Notes under the pieces: generated by a model
The model's input: only the letters and a program-made list of their open reading frames with translations
Databases searched by the model: none
What the model was told of the DNA's origin: nothing
Source: Candidatus Krumholzibacteriia bacterium
Lineage (GTDB): Bacteria; Krumholzibacteriota; Krumholzibacteriia; JAJRXK01
Assembly: GCA_041484665.1 (NCBI GenBank)
Contig: JBGPIA010000005.1
Span: forward strand, 107,648 to 171,647
Direction of reading: 5' to 3'
Length of the DNA stretch: 64,000 nt
Program-made: the position numbers and the translations under genes
Shown: positions 8,517 to 18,886 of the stretch, in pieces
How the letters are laid out: every line of letters begins with the position of its first letter
Position numbering within the stretch: the first letter of the stretch is position 1

Positions 8517-10832
8517 ATGCTCGACCAGCTCAACCCGCAACAGCGGGAGGCCGTGCTCTGCACCGACGGCCCGCTGCTGCTCATCGCCGGAGCCGGGACC
8601 GGCAAGACGCGGGTGCTCACCACGCGCATCGCCTGGCTCGTGCTCGAGCAGGGCGTGCCGTCCCACCAGGTGCTGGCCTTCACCTTCACGAACAAGGCCG
8701 CGCGCGAGATGCGCGAGCGCGTGGCGCGATTCGTGCCCGAGGCCGCCTCCGCGGTCTGGCTCGGGACGTTCCATGCGACCGGCGCCCGTATCCTGCGCCA
8801 GCACGCCCCCGCCCTGGGCTATCCCCGCGGCTTCACCATCTACGACACCGATGACACGCGGGCGCTGCTGCGGGAGATCCTCGAGGAAGTGAAAGCCGAT
8901 CCGCGGACGCTCCCACCGCGCGCGGCGGCGGCCGCCATCAGTCGCCTGAAGAACGGCACGATCTCGCCGGCGCAGGCGCAGGCGATGGCACTCACGCCCC
9001 CCGACCGCAAACTGGCCGATGTCTACGCCCTGTACGAGCGGCGGCTGCGCGCGTGCGCGGCCATGGACTTCGACGACCTGATCGGCAAGACGGTCGAGCT
9101 GCTGGAGACGCGCGCCGAGGTGCTGGCGACTTACGCCGGCCGATTCCGCTACGTGCTGGTGGACGAGTTCCAGGACACCAATCCACTGCAGCTGGTCCTG
9201 ATCAAGGCCTTGAGCAGCGTCTACGGCAATCTGTTCGCCGTCGGCGACGACGACCAGTCGATCTACTCGTGGCGCGGAGCCACCATCGACAACATGATGC
9301 GCTTCGAGGAGTACTTCCCCGGCGCGCGCGTGATGCGCCTCGAACGCAACTACCGTTCGACAGCCGTGATTCTGCAGGCGGCCAACCATGTGATCGCCCA
9401 CAACCGCCGCCGCCGTGGCAAGAACCTCTGGTGCGACGTGCCGGGAGGCGAGCTGCTCGAGCTGTGGCACGCCTCCGGCGACGAGGAGGAGGGACAGATC
9501 GTCCTGCGCCGGCTGGAGGAGCTGCTGGCCGCCGGCGAATGCGCCCGCAAGGATGCGGTGGTTCTCTACCGCACCAACGCCCAGAGCCGCATTCTGGAGG
9601 ACGCGCTGCGCCGCGCCAGCGTCCCGTACCAGATCGTGGGCGGCGTGCGCTTCTACGAGCGGCGCGAGGTGCGCGACGTGCTCGCGTACTGCAAGTTGAT
9701 CGGCAACTCCGCCGACGCGGTAAGTTTCGCGCGCGTGGTCAACGTGCCCCGCCGCGGGATCGGTAAGACCACCGTCGACCGCCTGGAGGCGGCCGCCCGC
9801 GCGGCGGACGTCGGCCCGTTGGCGATGCTCGCCGACCCCGGCGCGGTGGCGCAGCTGTGCGGCCGCCGCGCCGCCGCTCGCCTGCTGGAGTTCGCGGCGC
9901 TGCTGGGGAGACTGCGGGCCTTGGCCGAGGAGGCGGACGCGGCGGCCGTGCTGGAGCAGCTGCTGGTGGAGACCGGCTATCGAAAGCACCTGACCGACGA
10001 CGATCCGGCGACCGCGCCCGAGCGCCTGGAGAACGTCGACGAGCTGCTGAATGCCGCCCACGCCTTTGCCAGCGAGAGCGACGCAGGGCTGCTGGCCGAT
10101 TTCCTCGAGCAGATCACGCTGCTCTCCGAGGTCGATCAGCTCGACGAGGCCGGCGATCAGGTCACGCTCATGACCATGCACAATGCCAAGGGGTTGGAGT
10201 TCCCCGTGGTATTCGTGGCGGGCTGCGAGGAGGAGCTGCTCCCACACGCCAGCAGCATGGGCGACGACGCGCGGCTGGAGGAGGAGCGCCGGCTGTTCTA
10301 CGTGGCGCTGACGCGGGCGAAGCGCCGCATCGTGCTCACGGCCGCGCGCGTCCGGCGGCGGTTCGGGGTGGTGGAGGGGACCTTGCCCAGCCGTTTCCTG
10401 GCGGAGCTACCCGGCGAATGCGTGATCGAGCTGGGCGAGGTCGAGGCAGCGGCGCCGGGCACGCTTGCGGGCGCCTGCGGCTTCGAGCGCACCGCGTCTG
10501 CCGGGGCGGGGGCCGACCTGTTCAGCGTGGATACCTTTCGCCGCAGCCAGGCGCGCCTGCGCGGCGGACGGCCCGGTGGGCGGACCGGCAGACGTGCCGG
10601 GCTCGGGGACCGGACCGTCACGGGCCATGGATTTCACGACCACGAGCTGAGCCAGGAGGAAGTGCGCTTCGCGCCCGGCATGCGCGTGCGGCACGCGCTG
10701 CTGGGGGAGGGAACCGTGGAGCTGGTCGAGGGTTCCGGCGAGCTGACCAAGCTCACGATCTCCTTCGGCGAGGCGGGGCGCAAGAGGCTGCTGGCCGCCT
10801 ACGCCAGCTTGTCGATCCTCGAGGCGCCCTGA
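8517..10832 (+). CDS. pcrA: ATP-dependent DNA helicase UvrD/PcrA
   Basis: LNPQQREAV, AGAGTGKT, VDEFQDTN, VGDDDQSIY, LERNYRS, MTMHNAKGLEF, EERRLFYVALTRA, C-terminal Tudor-like domain. Confidence 0.92.
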   Translation: MLDQLNPQQREAVLCTDGPLLLIAGAGTGKTRVLTTRIAWLVLEQGVPSHQVLAFTFTNKAAREMRERVARFVPEAASAVWLGTFHATGARILRQHAPALGYPRGFTIYDTDDTRALLREILEEVKADPRTLPPRAAAAAISRLKNGTISPAQAQAMALTPPDRKLADVYALYERRLRACAAMDFDDLIGKTVELLETRAEVLATYAGRFRYVLVDEFQDTNPLQLVLIKALSSVYGNLFAVGDDDQSIYSWRGATIDNMMRFEEYFPGARVMRLERNYRSTAVILQAANHVIAHNRRRRGKNLWCDVPGGELLELWHASGDEEEGQIVLRRLEELLAAGECARKDAVVLYRTNAQSRILEDALRRASVPYQIVGGVRFYERREVRDVLAYCKLIGNSADAVSFARVVNVPRRGIGKTTVDRLEAAARAADVGPLAMLADPGAVAQLCGRRAAARLLEFAALLGRLRALAEEADAAAVLEQLLVETGYRKHLTDDDPATAPERLENVDELLNAAHAFASESDAGLLADFLEQITLLSEVDQLDEAGDQVTLMTMHNAKGLEFPVVFVAGCEEELLPHASSMGDDARLEEERRLFYVALTRAKRRIVLTAARVRRRFGVVEGTLPSRFLAELPGECVIELGEVEAAAPGTLAGACGFERTASAGAGADLFSVDTFRRSQARLRGGRPGGRTGRRAGLGDRTVTGHGFHDHELSQEEVRFAPGMRVRHALLGEGTVELVEGSGELTKLTISFGEAGRKRLLAAYASLSILEAP

Positions 10833-10874
10833 TCCTCCCCGCTGCTGCCGAAGTCCCCCCGAGCGCCGCGCGGG

Positions 10875-13022
10875 TCAGCGCACCAGCGTCACCTGGATCG
10901 CCCGCGTGGCTCCCCCCGGGGCCACGATCCGTACGGAGTAGACCCCGCTGCCTGCGGGCCGGCCCTGCGCGTCGTTTCCATTCCATTGCACATTGGCGGT
11001 CGTGCGCGGCGCAACGAGCCTGTTGAAGAGCGTCACCACGCGGCGGCCGCGGACGTCGTACACGGTCGCCGCGAGCGTACCGCCGTCGCGCACGAATACC
11101 GGGACCGTCACCTCGCCGTTGAACGGGTTGGGGAAGGCAGGCGAGACGCGCACCACGGGCGGCGTGCTCTCGTGCGTGTCCAACAGCCATTCCTGGTTCG
11201 GGTCCACCGCGAGGGCCACGACCAGATCCGGGATCGCCACGCTGAGCTCGGTGCGCTCGCCGTCGACCCACTGCATGGTGTCCAGCGGCGCCGCCGAGGC
11301 GAAGCTCAATCGCAGCGGCAGCGGCAGGCGGTAGACGTTGCCGGCGGGCTGCACGACGGTGAGGTGCATCAGACCGCGCTCCTGGGTCCACGCCACGTCC
11401 AGCCTCGGCCGCCCCTCCCGCGTGAGCCAGGGGGTGAAGAACCAGCCCAGATCGGCGCGGTAGACGGTCTCGCAGTGCGTCTGGAAGTCGGCGGAGGTGA
11501 CCGCGTGGAACCGCAGCGCCGGATCGGTCACGTACTCGCTCATTGCCTGCAGCAGCCCAGCGCGCCCCATGACCCGGCGCAGCATGTTCATCACGAACGC
11601 GCCCTTGAAATAGACCGTCGTCCCGAACAGCTGGAGTGGGTCCAGCAGCGTCCCCGGATAGCTGTCGCGCCGCTTGTCCTCTAGGTGCGTGTGCGCGGCC
11701 TGCGCGCCGTGCTTCTCCTCGAGCCAGAGCACTTCGCAGTAGCTGGCGAAGGCCTCGTTGAGCCAGATCTCGCCCCAGCGTGAAAGGCGCACGCAATCGC
11801 CGAACCACTGGTGCGACAGCTCGTGGGCCACCGCCCACTCCCACAGCGTGCCGTCGGCGGCGACGGTGGAGGCACCCATACTCGACAAGGTCGGGTGCTC
11901 CATGCCGCCGGCAAAGGAGAACAGCGCCATCCCGTACTTGAGGTCGGCGAAGGGGTAGGGGCCGAACAGTCGCTCGAAGGTGTCGATCATCTCGACGGTG
12001 TTGGCCCAGGTCGCGCGCGACTCCTGCTCGAGGAAGGTGACCGTGTAGTACTGCACCGGCATGTCCACGGGCGCGAGCGTCGGCCACCGGTGCACGTGGG
12101 CCGTCTCGGTCCACTGCACGTACCCGGCCATGGCCACCGAAACCAGGTAGGCCGGGATGGCCACGGGCATCTGCCAGGTCTGCCGGCGCAGCCCGCCTGC
12201 GAGCAGCACGTCCTGCGTCTTGAGGCCGGCGGAGCCCAGGACCAGGGGGTCCGGTGCCGTCACGGAGAGCGTCACCGGGGCGGCGTCGTATGGGGTGTCG
12301 TGGCAAGGCCACCAACTGCGGGCGCCATCGGGCTCGCTGAGCGTCGCGATGACCTTGGCCTGCGTGGTCCCGGTCAGGTCCGAGACGGCGCGGACGTCGT
12401 ATCCAAACCCGATGGGGCCGCCCCGCACCGGTGTGCCCGAGTACTGCACGGTAACCGTGATCGTGTCGCCGGGGGCGATGGGCGAGGCCAGGTCCACCGT
12501 GAGGGTGTCGGCCGCGTGCTGAAAGGGGCGATCCACGCCATCCACCGCCGTGCTTGCCACCGTCAGCCCCTGGCTGAACAGATCGAGCTGGACGCGGCCG
12601 ATCGGTTGCAGCGGGGTCAGCGTCACGCCAACCGTGCCCCGGAGGAACTTGGTGGTGTCGCTCAGCTGCAGGTCGAGGTCGTAGTGCGTCACGTCGATGG
12701 GGCGGTCGGTGCGCTCGCGGGGCGTGTCCGCCGCCCGCACCGGCTGAGCCGGCTCCCACGCCGCCGCCTGGTCCTTGAGCAGCAGCTCGGCGCGGCGTTG
12801 CCCGGGGGTCAGCGGCGCCGCAACCGGGATCGTCGTCGGCCGGGGGCCGCCGGTGGGGGCGGACTGCTCGGAAGTCGCTCGGAGCCGGTCGGCAACAGCC
12901 GGGGCGCGCGCGGCGCCCAGCGCCAAAGCCGCCGCCACCCACGCGCAGGTTGCCGCGGCTCGCGCGCGGCGGCATATTCCCCCTGCGGAGTGCAACTTCT
13001 TGGCGCGCAGGATCGAATTCAC
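10875..13022 (-). CDS. Secreted M1 family aminopeptidase with C-terminal FlgD-Ig/T9SS-like domain (start uncertain)
   Basis: GGMEH, HELSHQWFG...WLNE zinc motif; C-terminal FPNPFN...VYDVRGRRV...WNGNDAQGRPAGSGVY. In-frame GTG at 13022 chosen as start. Confidence 0.85.
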   Translation of the reverse strand: MNSILRAKKLHSAGGICRRARAAATCAWVAAALALGAARAPAVADRLRATSEQSAPTGGPRPTTIPVAAPLTPGQRRAELLLKDQAAAWEPAQPVRAADTPRERTDRPIDVTHYDLDLQLSDTTKFLRGTVGVTLTPLQPIGRVQLDLFSQGLTVASTAVDGVDRPFQHAADTLTVDLASPIAPGDTITVTVQYSGTPVRGGPIGFGYDVRAVSDLTGTTQAKVIATLSEPDGARSWWPCHDTPYDAAPVTLSVTAPDPLVLGSAGLKTQDVLLAGGLRRQTWQMPVAIPAYLVSVAMAGYVQWTETAHVHRWPTLAPVDMPVQYYTVTFLEQESRATWANTVEMIDTFERLFGPYPFADLKYGMALFSFAGGMEHPTLSSMGASTVAADGTLWEWAVAHELSHQWFGDCVRLSRWGEIWLNEAFASYCEVLWLEEKHGAQAAHTHLEDKRRDSYPGTLLDPLQLFGTTVYFKGAFVMNMLRRVMGRAGLLQAMSEYVTDPALRFHAVTSADFQTHCETVYRADLGWFFTPWLTREGRPRLDVAWTQERGLMHLTVVQPAGNVYRLPLPLRLSFASAAPLDTMQWVDGERTELSVAIPDLVVALAVDPNQEWLLDTHESTPPVVRVSPAFPNPFNGEVTVPVFVRDGGTLAATVYDVRGRRVVTLFNRLVAPRTTANVQWNGNDAQGRPAGSGVYSVRIVAPGGATRAIQVTLVR

Positions 13023-13089
13023 AAGCCGGAGCTCTGGAGAGGGGGCGGTTGGTCGGAAGCTTCGCCCGCTTCCCCTCCGACGATACGAG

Positions 13090-14622
13090 ATGACCCGCTC
13101 ACGCACAATCCTGCGCGCACGCTCCGCGCCGGCGCTGGCGGCCGCGCTGGCGCTGCTGGTGACGCCTGTCGCGCTCGCGGAGGTGACCGGCGAGCCGCCG
13201 CTGATGGCGACGGGGCGGTTCCTGGCCCCGGCCGACAGCCTGGGCTTCACCGACTACCCAAAGCTGCCGCCGCAGGACCAGCTGGCGCGCCGCGAGCAGG
13301 CCAAGGAATGGGTGCACAAGGGGGAGAAGAAGGAGGCGGTCCTCGCCCAGCACGACTTCGCCACCGCGGCCGGGCTGTGCCCTTACCTGGGGGAGGCGTG
13401 GCTCGCCTACGCGGAGAGCCAACAGCAGCTGGGCAATTACGAGGCTGCCAGCCGCTGCCTGAACTTCGCCGGCCAGACGCTGCACTACGAGCCCAACGAG
13501 AAACGACGCCAGGAGCAGCAGGCGCGTTACCAGCGGCTGTCCGCCATCACCGCGTACAACCTCGGCGACAGCGAGGGGAGCCTGGCGCACGCGCAGGAGG
13601 TGCTGCGCGACGCGCCTGGGGATGCCGAGATGCTCTTGCTGTCGGCCCGAGCGCTGGTCGCCCTGCGCCGCCACGACGAGGCGCGCGGGGCGCTCGCCCG
13701 GATCGACCCCAGCGGGATCTGGTACGCCCGTGCGCTCGCGGTACGCGGACTGCTCGAGATGAACGAGGGACGGCTGGCCCAGGCGGAGGAGACGTTCCGC
13801 AAGGCCGACGAGCATGGGATGCGCGGCCCGATCTTCGAGAACGACCGCGGTCGGCTCATGCTGGAGATGAAGCGGCCGCAGGAAGCGGCCGAGCGCTTCC
13901 GGGCAGCCGTGACGGAGCAGCCGACCTTCATGGAGGCGCGCAACAACCTGGCGGTCGCGCAGCGGCGCGCAGGCGACCTGGACGCGGCGCAGGCCACGCT
14001 GATGGAGGCGATGGAGCTCAATCCCGGCTACGGAGCGGCCCACTTCAACCTGGCCGAGCTCTGCCGCGAACGACTGCCGAACGCCGCCGCCGCCGATCGC
14101 GCCGCTCTGACGCAGCAGGCGCTCGCGCACTACCAGAAGGCACTCGATCTGGGCTACAAGGAGGACGTCGTGCTCGAGCGCGGCTCGAGCATGGCGCTGT
14201 TGTCCGGCGACCTCGCCACCGCGGAACGGATGCTGCTGAAGCGCACCGAGAAGCCCGACGCAACCGGGCAGGTGTACTACCTGCTGGGTCGCGTGAAGAA
14301 GCAGCAGGGGCAGCTGCAGATCGCCCAGCGCTTGTACCAGATGGCGCTGGACCGCGGCTATGGCGAAGCGGTCGTCCACAGCGACCTGGGCGAAGTCATG
14401 CTGCGCCAGAACGACCTCGCAGGCGCCCGCTTGGAGTTCGAGCGGGCGCTGGCCATCAATTCCAATCTGGTGGTCACCCGCGTCAATCTCTGCGTGGCGC
14501 TCCGCACTCTCGGAGAGCTGCAGCGCGCCGACGAGGTGCTGCGGCGCGCCGAGCAGCTCGCCCCCAACGACCACGATGTCCAGCAGCAACGCGCCGAACT
14601 GCGTAAGCAGGGAGTGCACTGA
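13090..14622 (+). CDS. Tetratricopeptide repeat protein, probably exported
   Basis: Signal-like N-terminus; many TPR-type helices (EARNNLA, AAHFNLAE, YYLLGRV, HSDLGEV). Confidence 0.8.
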   Translation: MTRSRTILRARSAPALAAALALLVTPVALAEVTGEPPLMATGRFLAPADSLGFTDYPKLPPQDQLARREQAKEWVHKGEKKEAVLAQHDFATAAGLCPYLGEAWLAYAESQQQLGNYEAASRCLNFAGQTLHYEPNEKRRQEQQARYQRLSAITAYNLGDSEGSLAHAQEVLRDAPGDAEMLLLSARALVALRRHDEARGALARIDPSGIWYARALAVRGLLEMNEGRLAQAEETFRKADEHGMRGPIFENDRGRLMLEMKRPQEAAERFRAAVTEQPTFMEARNNLAVAQRRAGDLDAAQATLMEAMELNPGYGAAHFNLAELCRERLPNAAAADRAALTQQALAHYQKALDLGYKEDVVLERGSSMALLSGDLATAERMLLKRTEKPDATGQVYYLLGRVKKQQGQLQIAQRLYQMALDRGYGEAVVHSDLGEVMLRQNDLAGARLEFERALAINSNLVVTRVNLCVALRTLGELQRADEVLRRAEQLAPNDHDVQQQRAELRKQGVH

Positions 14623-14803
14623 GCGCGCAGCTGTGGCGGGACCGCGGCTGGCCGCGCAGCCGTCGCGGGACTGGTGGGGACCACGGGGCGGGGTTGCGCC
14701 TTGTGCCCGCGCGCCCCAGCGTCCTAAACTCACCTGTTATACGCGGACTCACGTTCTCCAAGTGGCTCATCTCGAATCCGATTTTCGCAAGAAGGAGGCC
14801 TAC

Positions 14804-15097
14804 GTGCCCATCGACGACCGCGTGATCGGCGACCTGCAGTCGCTCGGCGCCTTGCGCCTGGACCCCCAGGAGCGCCGCACGCTGATGGCCAATCTGGAGC
14901 GTGTGCTGGGCTACGTCGACCAACTCCGCGCAGTGGACACCGAGGGGGTGGAGCCCACCAGCAGCGTGATCGAGGTGGGCAACGTTCTGCGCGAAGACGA
15001 GCCCCATGCCTGCTTGCCCGTGGAACAGGCCCTCGCTCAGGCGCCCGCACGCCGTGGGGACCACTTCGAGGTCCCCGTCGTGCTCGGCGAGGAGTGA
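14804..15097 (+). CDS. gatC: Asp-tRNA(Asn)/Glu-tRNA(Gln) amidotransferase subunit C
   Basis: GTG after AAGGAGG; YVDQLRAVDTEGVEPT, LREDEP, FEVPVVL; overlaps gatA. Confidence 0.9.
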   Translation: MPIDDRVIGDLQSLGALRLDPQERRTLMANLERVLGYVDQLRAVDTEGVEPTSSVIEVGNVLREDEPHACLPVEQALAQAPARRGDHFEVPVVLGEE

Positions 15098-16566
15098 GCA
15101 CCACCATGGGTCTGCACCGTCTCAGCGTCGAAGAGCTGCAAGCAGCCCTGCGGTCCGGGGAGTGCACGCCAGCCGAGATCTACGCCAGCTGCCGCGCGGC
15201 CGCTGATTCCGCGCAGCCGCACATCCGGGCGTTCAACCGTTTCGAGGACGGGCCGCCGCCTCCGCGCGGCGACGCCGGTAGCGCGCCCCTGCATGGCATC
15301 CCGTACGCCAGCAAGGAGAACATCGCCGTCGCCGGGCGCCCGCTCACGTGCAACAGCCGCATCCTGGCCAACTACCGCCCACCCTACGACGCCACCGTCA
15401 CCGAGCGCCTGCGCGCCGCGGGGGCGATGCTGCTGGGCCAGACGAACATGGACGAGTTCGCCATGGGCAGCAGCACGGAGAACTCGGCGACCGGGCCCAC
15501 GCAGAATCCCTGGGATCTCGCGCGCACGCCCGGCGGGAGCTCGGGCGGCTCGGCGGCGGCGGTCGCCGCCGACGCGGTTCCCTTCGCGCTGGGCAGTGAC
15601 ACGGGCGGCTCGATCCGCCAGCCCGCGGGCTGCTGCGGTGTGGTGGGGCTCAAGCCGACCTACGGGCGCGTGTCCCGGTGGGGATTGGTGGCGTTCGCCA
15701 GCAGCCTCGACCAGATCGGGCCGATCACGCGCACCGTGCGCGACGCGGCGTTGGTCTACCGCGAGCTGGCCGGTCACGATCCCCGCGACTCGACCTGCCT
15801 GCCAGCCCCGGTGGAGGATCCCCTGGCCGGGATCGAGCAGGGGCCCCGCGGCCTGACGCTGGGCGTGCCGCGCGCACTGCTGAAGGAGGGCCTCGACCGG
15901 GAGGTCGCCGCAAATCTGGACGAGGTGCTCGCGCGCCTGGCGCGCGAAGGCGCGAGCTTGATCGAGGTCGATCTTCCCATGATGCGCTACGCCATCGCCA
16001 CCTACTACATCCTCGCCACCGCCGAGGCGTCCAGCAACCTCGCGCGCTACGACGGAGTGCGCTACGGCGTGCGCGCGCAGGCGTCCGACCTCGACGAGAT
16101 GTACCGTGCCTCGCGCACGCGCGGCTTCGGCCGAGAGGTGACGCTGCGCATCCTGCTGGGCACCTACGTGCTGTCCGCGGGCTACTACGACGCCTACTAC
16201 CGCAAGGCCAGTCAGGTGCGCACGCTCATGCGCCGCGAGGTCGTCGCTGCCCTGTCGCGTTGCGACGCCATCGTGCTGCCCACGTCGCCGACGCCCGCGT
16301 TCAAGCTGGGAGAGCGCGTGGACGATCCGCTGCAGATGTATCTCAGCGACGTCTTCACCGTATCGGCCAACCTGACCGGCATCCCCGCCATCGCCGTGCC
16401 CAGCGGCCTTACCCGCGCCGGGCTGCCGCTGTCGCTGCAACTCATGGGGCGCCCATTGCAGGAGTCGCTGCTGCTGCGCGCGGCCAGGGCACTGGAGCAG
16501 GTGTGCGGGTTCGCGGCGCTGCGCAAGGCTCGCCAGCCTCTGCCCGGCGAGGGGGTGCCGGCATGA
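15094..16566 (+). CDS. gatA: Amidotransferase subunit A
   Basis: TNMDEFAMGSS, GGSSGGSAAAV, GSDTGGSIRQPA, SSNLARYDG, YVLSAGYYDAYY. Confidence 0.95.
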   Translation: MSTTMGLHRLSVEELQAALRSGECTPAEIYASCRAAADSAQPHIRAFNRFEDGPPPPRGDAGSAPLHGIPYASKENIAVAGRPLTCNSRILANYRPPYDATVTERLRAAGAMLLGQTNMDEFAMGSSTENSATGPTQNPWDLARTPGGSSGGSAAAVAADAVPFALGSDTGGSIRQPAGCCGVVGLKPTYGRVSRWGLVAFASSLDQIGPITRTVRDAALVYRELAGHDPRDSTCLPAPVEDPLAGIEQGPRGLTLGVPRALLKEGLDREVAANLDEVLARLAREGASLIEVDLPMMRYAIATYYILATAEASSNLARYDGVRYGVRAQASDLDEMYRASRTRGFGREVTLRILLGTYVLSAGYYDAYYRKASQVRTLMRREVVAALSRCDAIVLPTSPTPAFKLGERVDDPLQMYLSDVFTVSANLTGIPAIAVPSGLTRAGLPLSLQLMGRPLQESLLLRAARALEQVCGFAALRKARQPLPGEGVPA

Positions 16567-18026
16567 ACGCGAGCGCGTCGCGCTGGGAGGCCGTGATCGG
16601 GCTGGAGGTCCACGCCCAGCTCTCGACCAGGACGAAGATCTTCTGCGCCTGCCCGACGCAGTTCGGATCGCGCGCCAACAGCCAGACCTGTCCGGTCTGC
16701 CTGGGGCTGCCCGGCGTGCTGCCCGTGCTCAACCGGCAGGTGGTCGACTGCGCGCTGCGCCTGGGCTTGGCCTGCGGAAGCCGGATCGCGCCGGCGAGCG
16801 TTTTTGCGCGCAAGAACTACTTCTACCCGGATCTGCCGAAGAACTACCAGATCAGCCAGTACGACAAGCCGCTGTGCGAGGGTGGCCAGGTCGAGATGAT
16901 GGTCGACGGCCACCCGCGTACGGCGCGGCTGGTGCGCATCCACCTCGAGGAGGACGCCGGCAAGTCGATGCACGACCAGACCGGCGGCACTACCTCGCTG
17001 GTGGATCTCAACCGGTGCGGCGTGCCGCTGGCGGAGATCGTTGGGGAGCCCGATCTGCGCCACCCCGAAGAGGCGGGCGCGTATCTCACGGCACTGCGTC
17101 AGCTGGTGCGCTACTTGGGCATCTGCGACGGCAATATGGAGGAGGGAAGCCTGCGCTGCGACGCCAACGTGTCGGTGCGGCCGACGGGCGCGTCCACGTT
17201 CGGCACGCGCGTGGAGATCAAGAACATGAACTCCATTCGCGGCGTGGTGGCGGCGCTGGAGCACGAGATCCGCCGGCAGGGCAAGCTCCTGGACGAGGGT
17301 GGCACGGTCAACCAGGAGACGCGCACCTGGGACCCCGACCGCGGCGTGACGGTCTTCATGCGCAGCAAGGAGCACGCGCACGACTACCGTTACTTCCCCG
17401 ATCCCGATCTGGTCCCGCTGCACGTGGACGAGGCGTGGCTGGCGCGCGTCCGTACGCAGCTTCCCGAGCTGCCCATGGCGCGCCTGCAGCGGTTCACGGC
17501 GCAGTACGCGCTGCCGGTCTACGACGCCGTGCTGCTGACCGAGTCGCGCGAGCTGGCCGACTACTACGAGGACCTGGCGCGCACGCTGGGTGACGCGAAG
17601 CAGGCCAGCAACTGGATGATGGCCGAGGTGCTGCGGCTGTTGAATGAGCGCGGCGAGTCGATCGGCCGCTTCTCGGTGCGCCCCCCGGCGGTCGCGGCGC
17701 TGCTGCATCTGGTCAAGGACGGCGCCATCAGCGGCAAGATCGCCAAGGAGGTCTTCGACGAGATGGTGGCGACCGGCGCCCCGGCCGAGGCCATCGTCGC
17801 GCGCCGCGGACTGCGCCAGATCAGCGATGAGCCGTCCCTGACCGCCGCGGTCGACAAGATCCTCGACGCCCATCCGGGCCAGGTGAAGGCCTACCTGGGT
17901 GGCAAGGAGGGGCTCGCCGGATTCTTCGTCGGCCAGCTGATGCAGGCCACGGCGGGGCAGGCCAACCCCAAGCTGGCCAATCAGCTCGTGCGCGCGGCGC
18001 TGGAGCGCCGGCGCAGCCCAGCGTGA
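16563..18026 (+). CDS. gatB: Amidotransferase subunit B
   Basis: VIGLEVHAQL, RKNYFYPDLPKNYQISQ, HLEEDAGK, EEGSLRCDANVS, YRYFPDPDL. Confidence 0.95.
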   Translation: MNASASRWEAVIGLEVHAQLSTRTKIFCACPTQFGSRANSQTCPVCLGLPGVLPVLNRQVVDCALRLGLACGSRIAPASVFARKNYFYPDLPKNYQISQYDKPLCEGGQVEMMVDGHPRTARLVRIHLEEDAGKSMHDQTGGTTSLVDLNRCGVPLAEIVGEPDLRHPEEAGAYLTALRQLVRYLGICDGNMEEGSLRCDANVSVRPTGASTFGTRVEIKNMNSIRGVVAALEHEIRRQGKLLDEGGTVNQETRTWDPDRGVTVFMRSKEHAHDYRYFPDPDLVPLHVDEAWLARVRTQLPELPMARLQRFTAQYALPVYDAVLLTESRELADYYEDLARTLGDAKQASNWMMAEVLRLLNERGESIGRFSVRPPAVAALLHLVKDGAISGKIAKEVFDEMVATGAPAEAIVARRGLRQISDEPSLTAAVDKILDAHPGQVKAYLGGKEGLAGFFVGQLMQATAGQANPKLANQLVRAALERRRSPA

Positions 18027-18562
18027 GCAGTCCAGACGCTCTGCGTGGGCTCGCGTCGGTGGGGCGCGCCCCCGAGTGGTCAGCCATTGCCCGGCGGATT
18101 GCGGCAAGTGTGACCGCGGCGTCGCTGGCAGCGGCCGGCCTGGCCACGGCGCCCGGCCCGGCCGCAGCGGCCAGCACGCCCCGCCCAGCGGCGCGGTACG
18201 CCGCCGGCCCCCACCGGGAGCCCTACCGCGATCCCACGGCCGCCGCGGTGCGCAGCTTGGTCCTCCCCGGGTGGGGCCAGCACTACAATGGCGAGGGCGG
18301 CAAGGGCAACCTGTTCACCTGCGGGGTGCTGGCGGGCGCACTCTTCGCCGCCCGCGTGGTGCAGGTTGGCTCGTCGACCCACGGGCAGGAGTTCGAGCGG
18401 GGCGCTGGCCTGTCGGTCATGATCGCGACGTGGGGCTGGAGCATCGTCGACGCCTACACCTCCGCCCCGCACATCAACCGTGAGAATGGCTACGAGCTCG
18501 ACGCGCTCGCTCCCGGCCCCGATCGCGGGGTGTGGGTGGTGGTCCTGCGCGTCCGCTGGTAG
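18023..18562 (+). CDS. Hypothetical membrane protein (DUF5683-like)
   Basis: P..AAVRSLVLPGWGQHYNG motif and WSIVDAY; overlaps gatB stop. Confidence 0.6.
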   Translation: MSSPDALRGLASVGRAPEWSAIARRIAASVTAASLAAAGLATAPGPAAAASTPRPAARYAAGPHREPYRDPTAAAVRSLVLPGWGQHYNGEGGKGNLFTCGVLAGALFAARVVQVGSSTHGQEFERGAGLSVMIATWGWSIVDAYTSAPHINRENGYELDALAPGPDRGVWVVVLRVRW

Positions 18563-18694
18563 GTGAGGGGCGAGCGCAGGGGGGCGCGCTCGCGACGCGC
18601 GAGCCCCGGCTGGGCGCCACGATCAGCTGCGCGCCAGCATCAGCTGCGCACCCTGCCAGGATCGCCTGCGCGCAGCCGCCGGCGGACGCGACCC

Positions 18695-18724
18695 TTGACG
18701 CGGGGCCCGGGCCTGCGCTAGCTT
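18695..18724 (+). promoter_or_regulatory. Putative sigma70 promoter TTGACG-N18-TAGCTT
   Basis: Hexamers upstream of the lamin-tail gene. Confidence 0.4.
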
Positions 18725-18886
18725 CTTTGCATGCCTCCTCCCCGCTCGCGGGGCAGGAGGCGTTTTCGTTTCGCCGCGAGGGCTGCCGCGGCCCTGTCGG
18801 CGAGACTCGAGCGGGTCCGCGGGAGCTCGCCTCCATCCCCGCCGCGTGGTCATGCCACACATGACCCACGGAAAGGAGATCGGACG

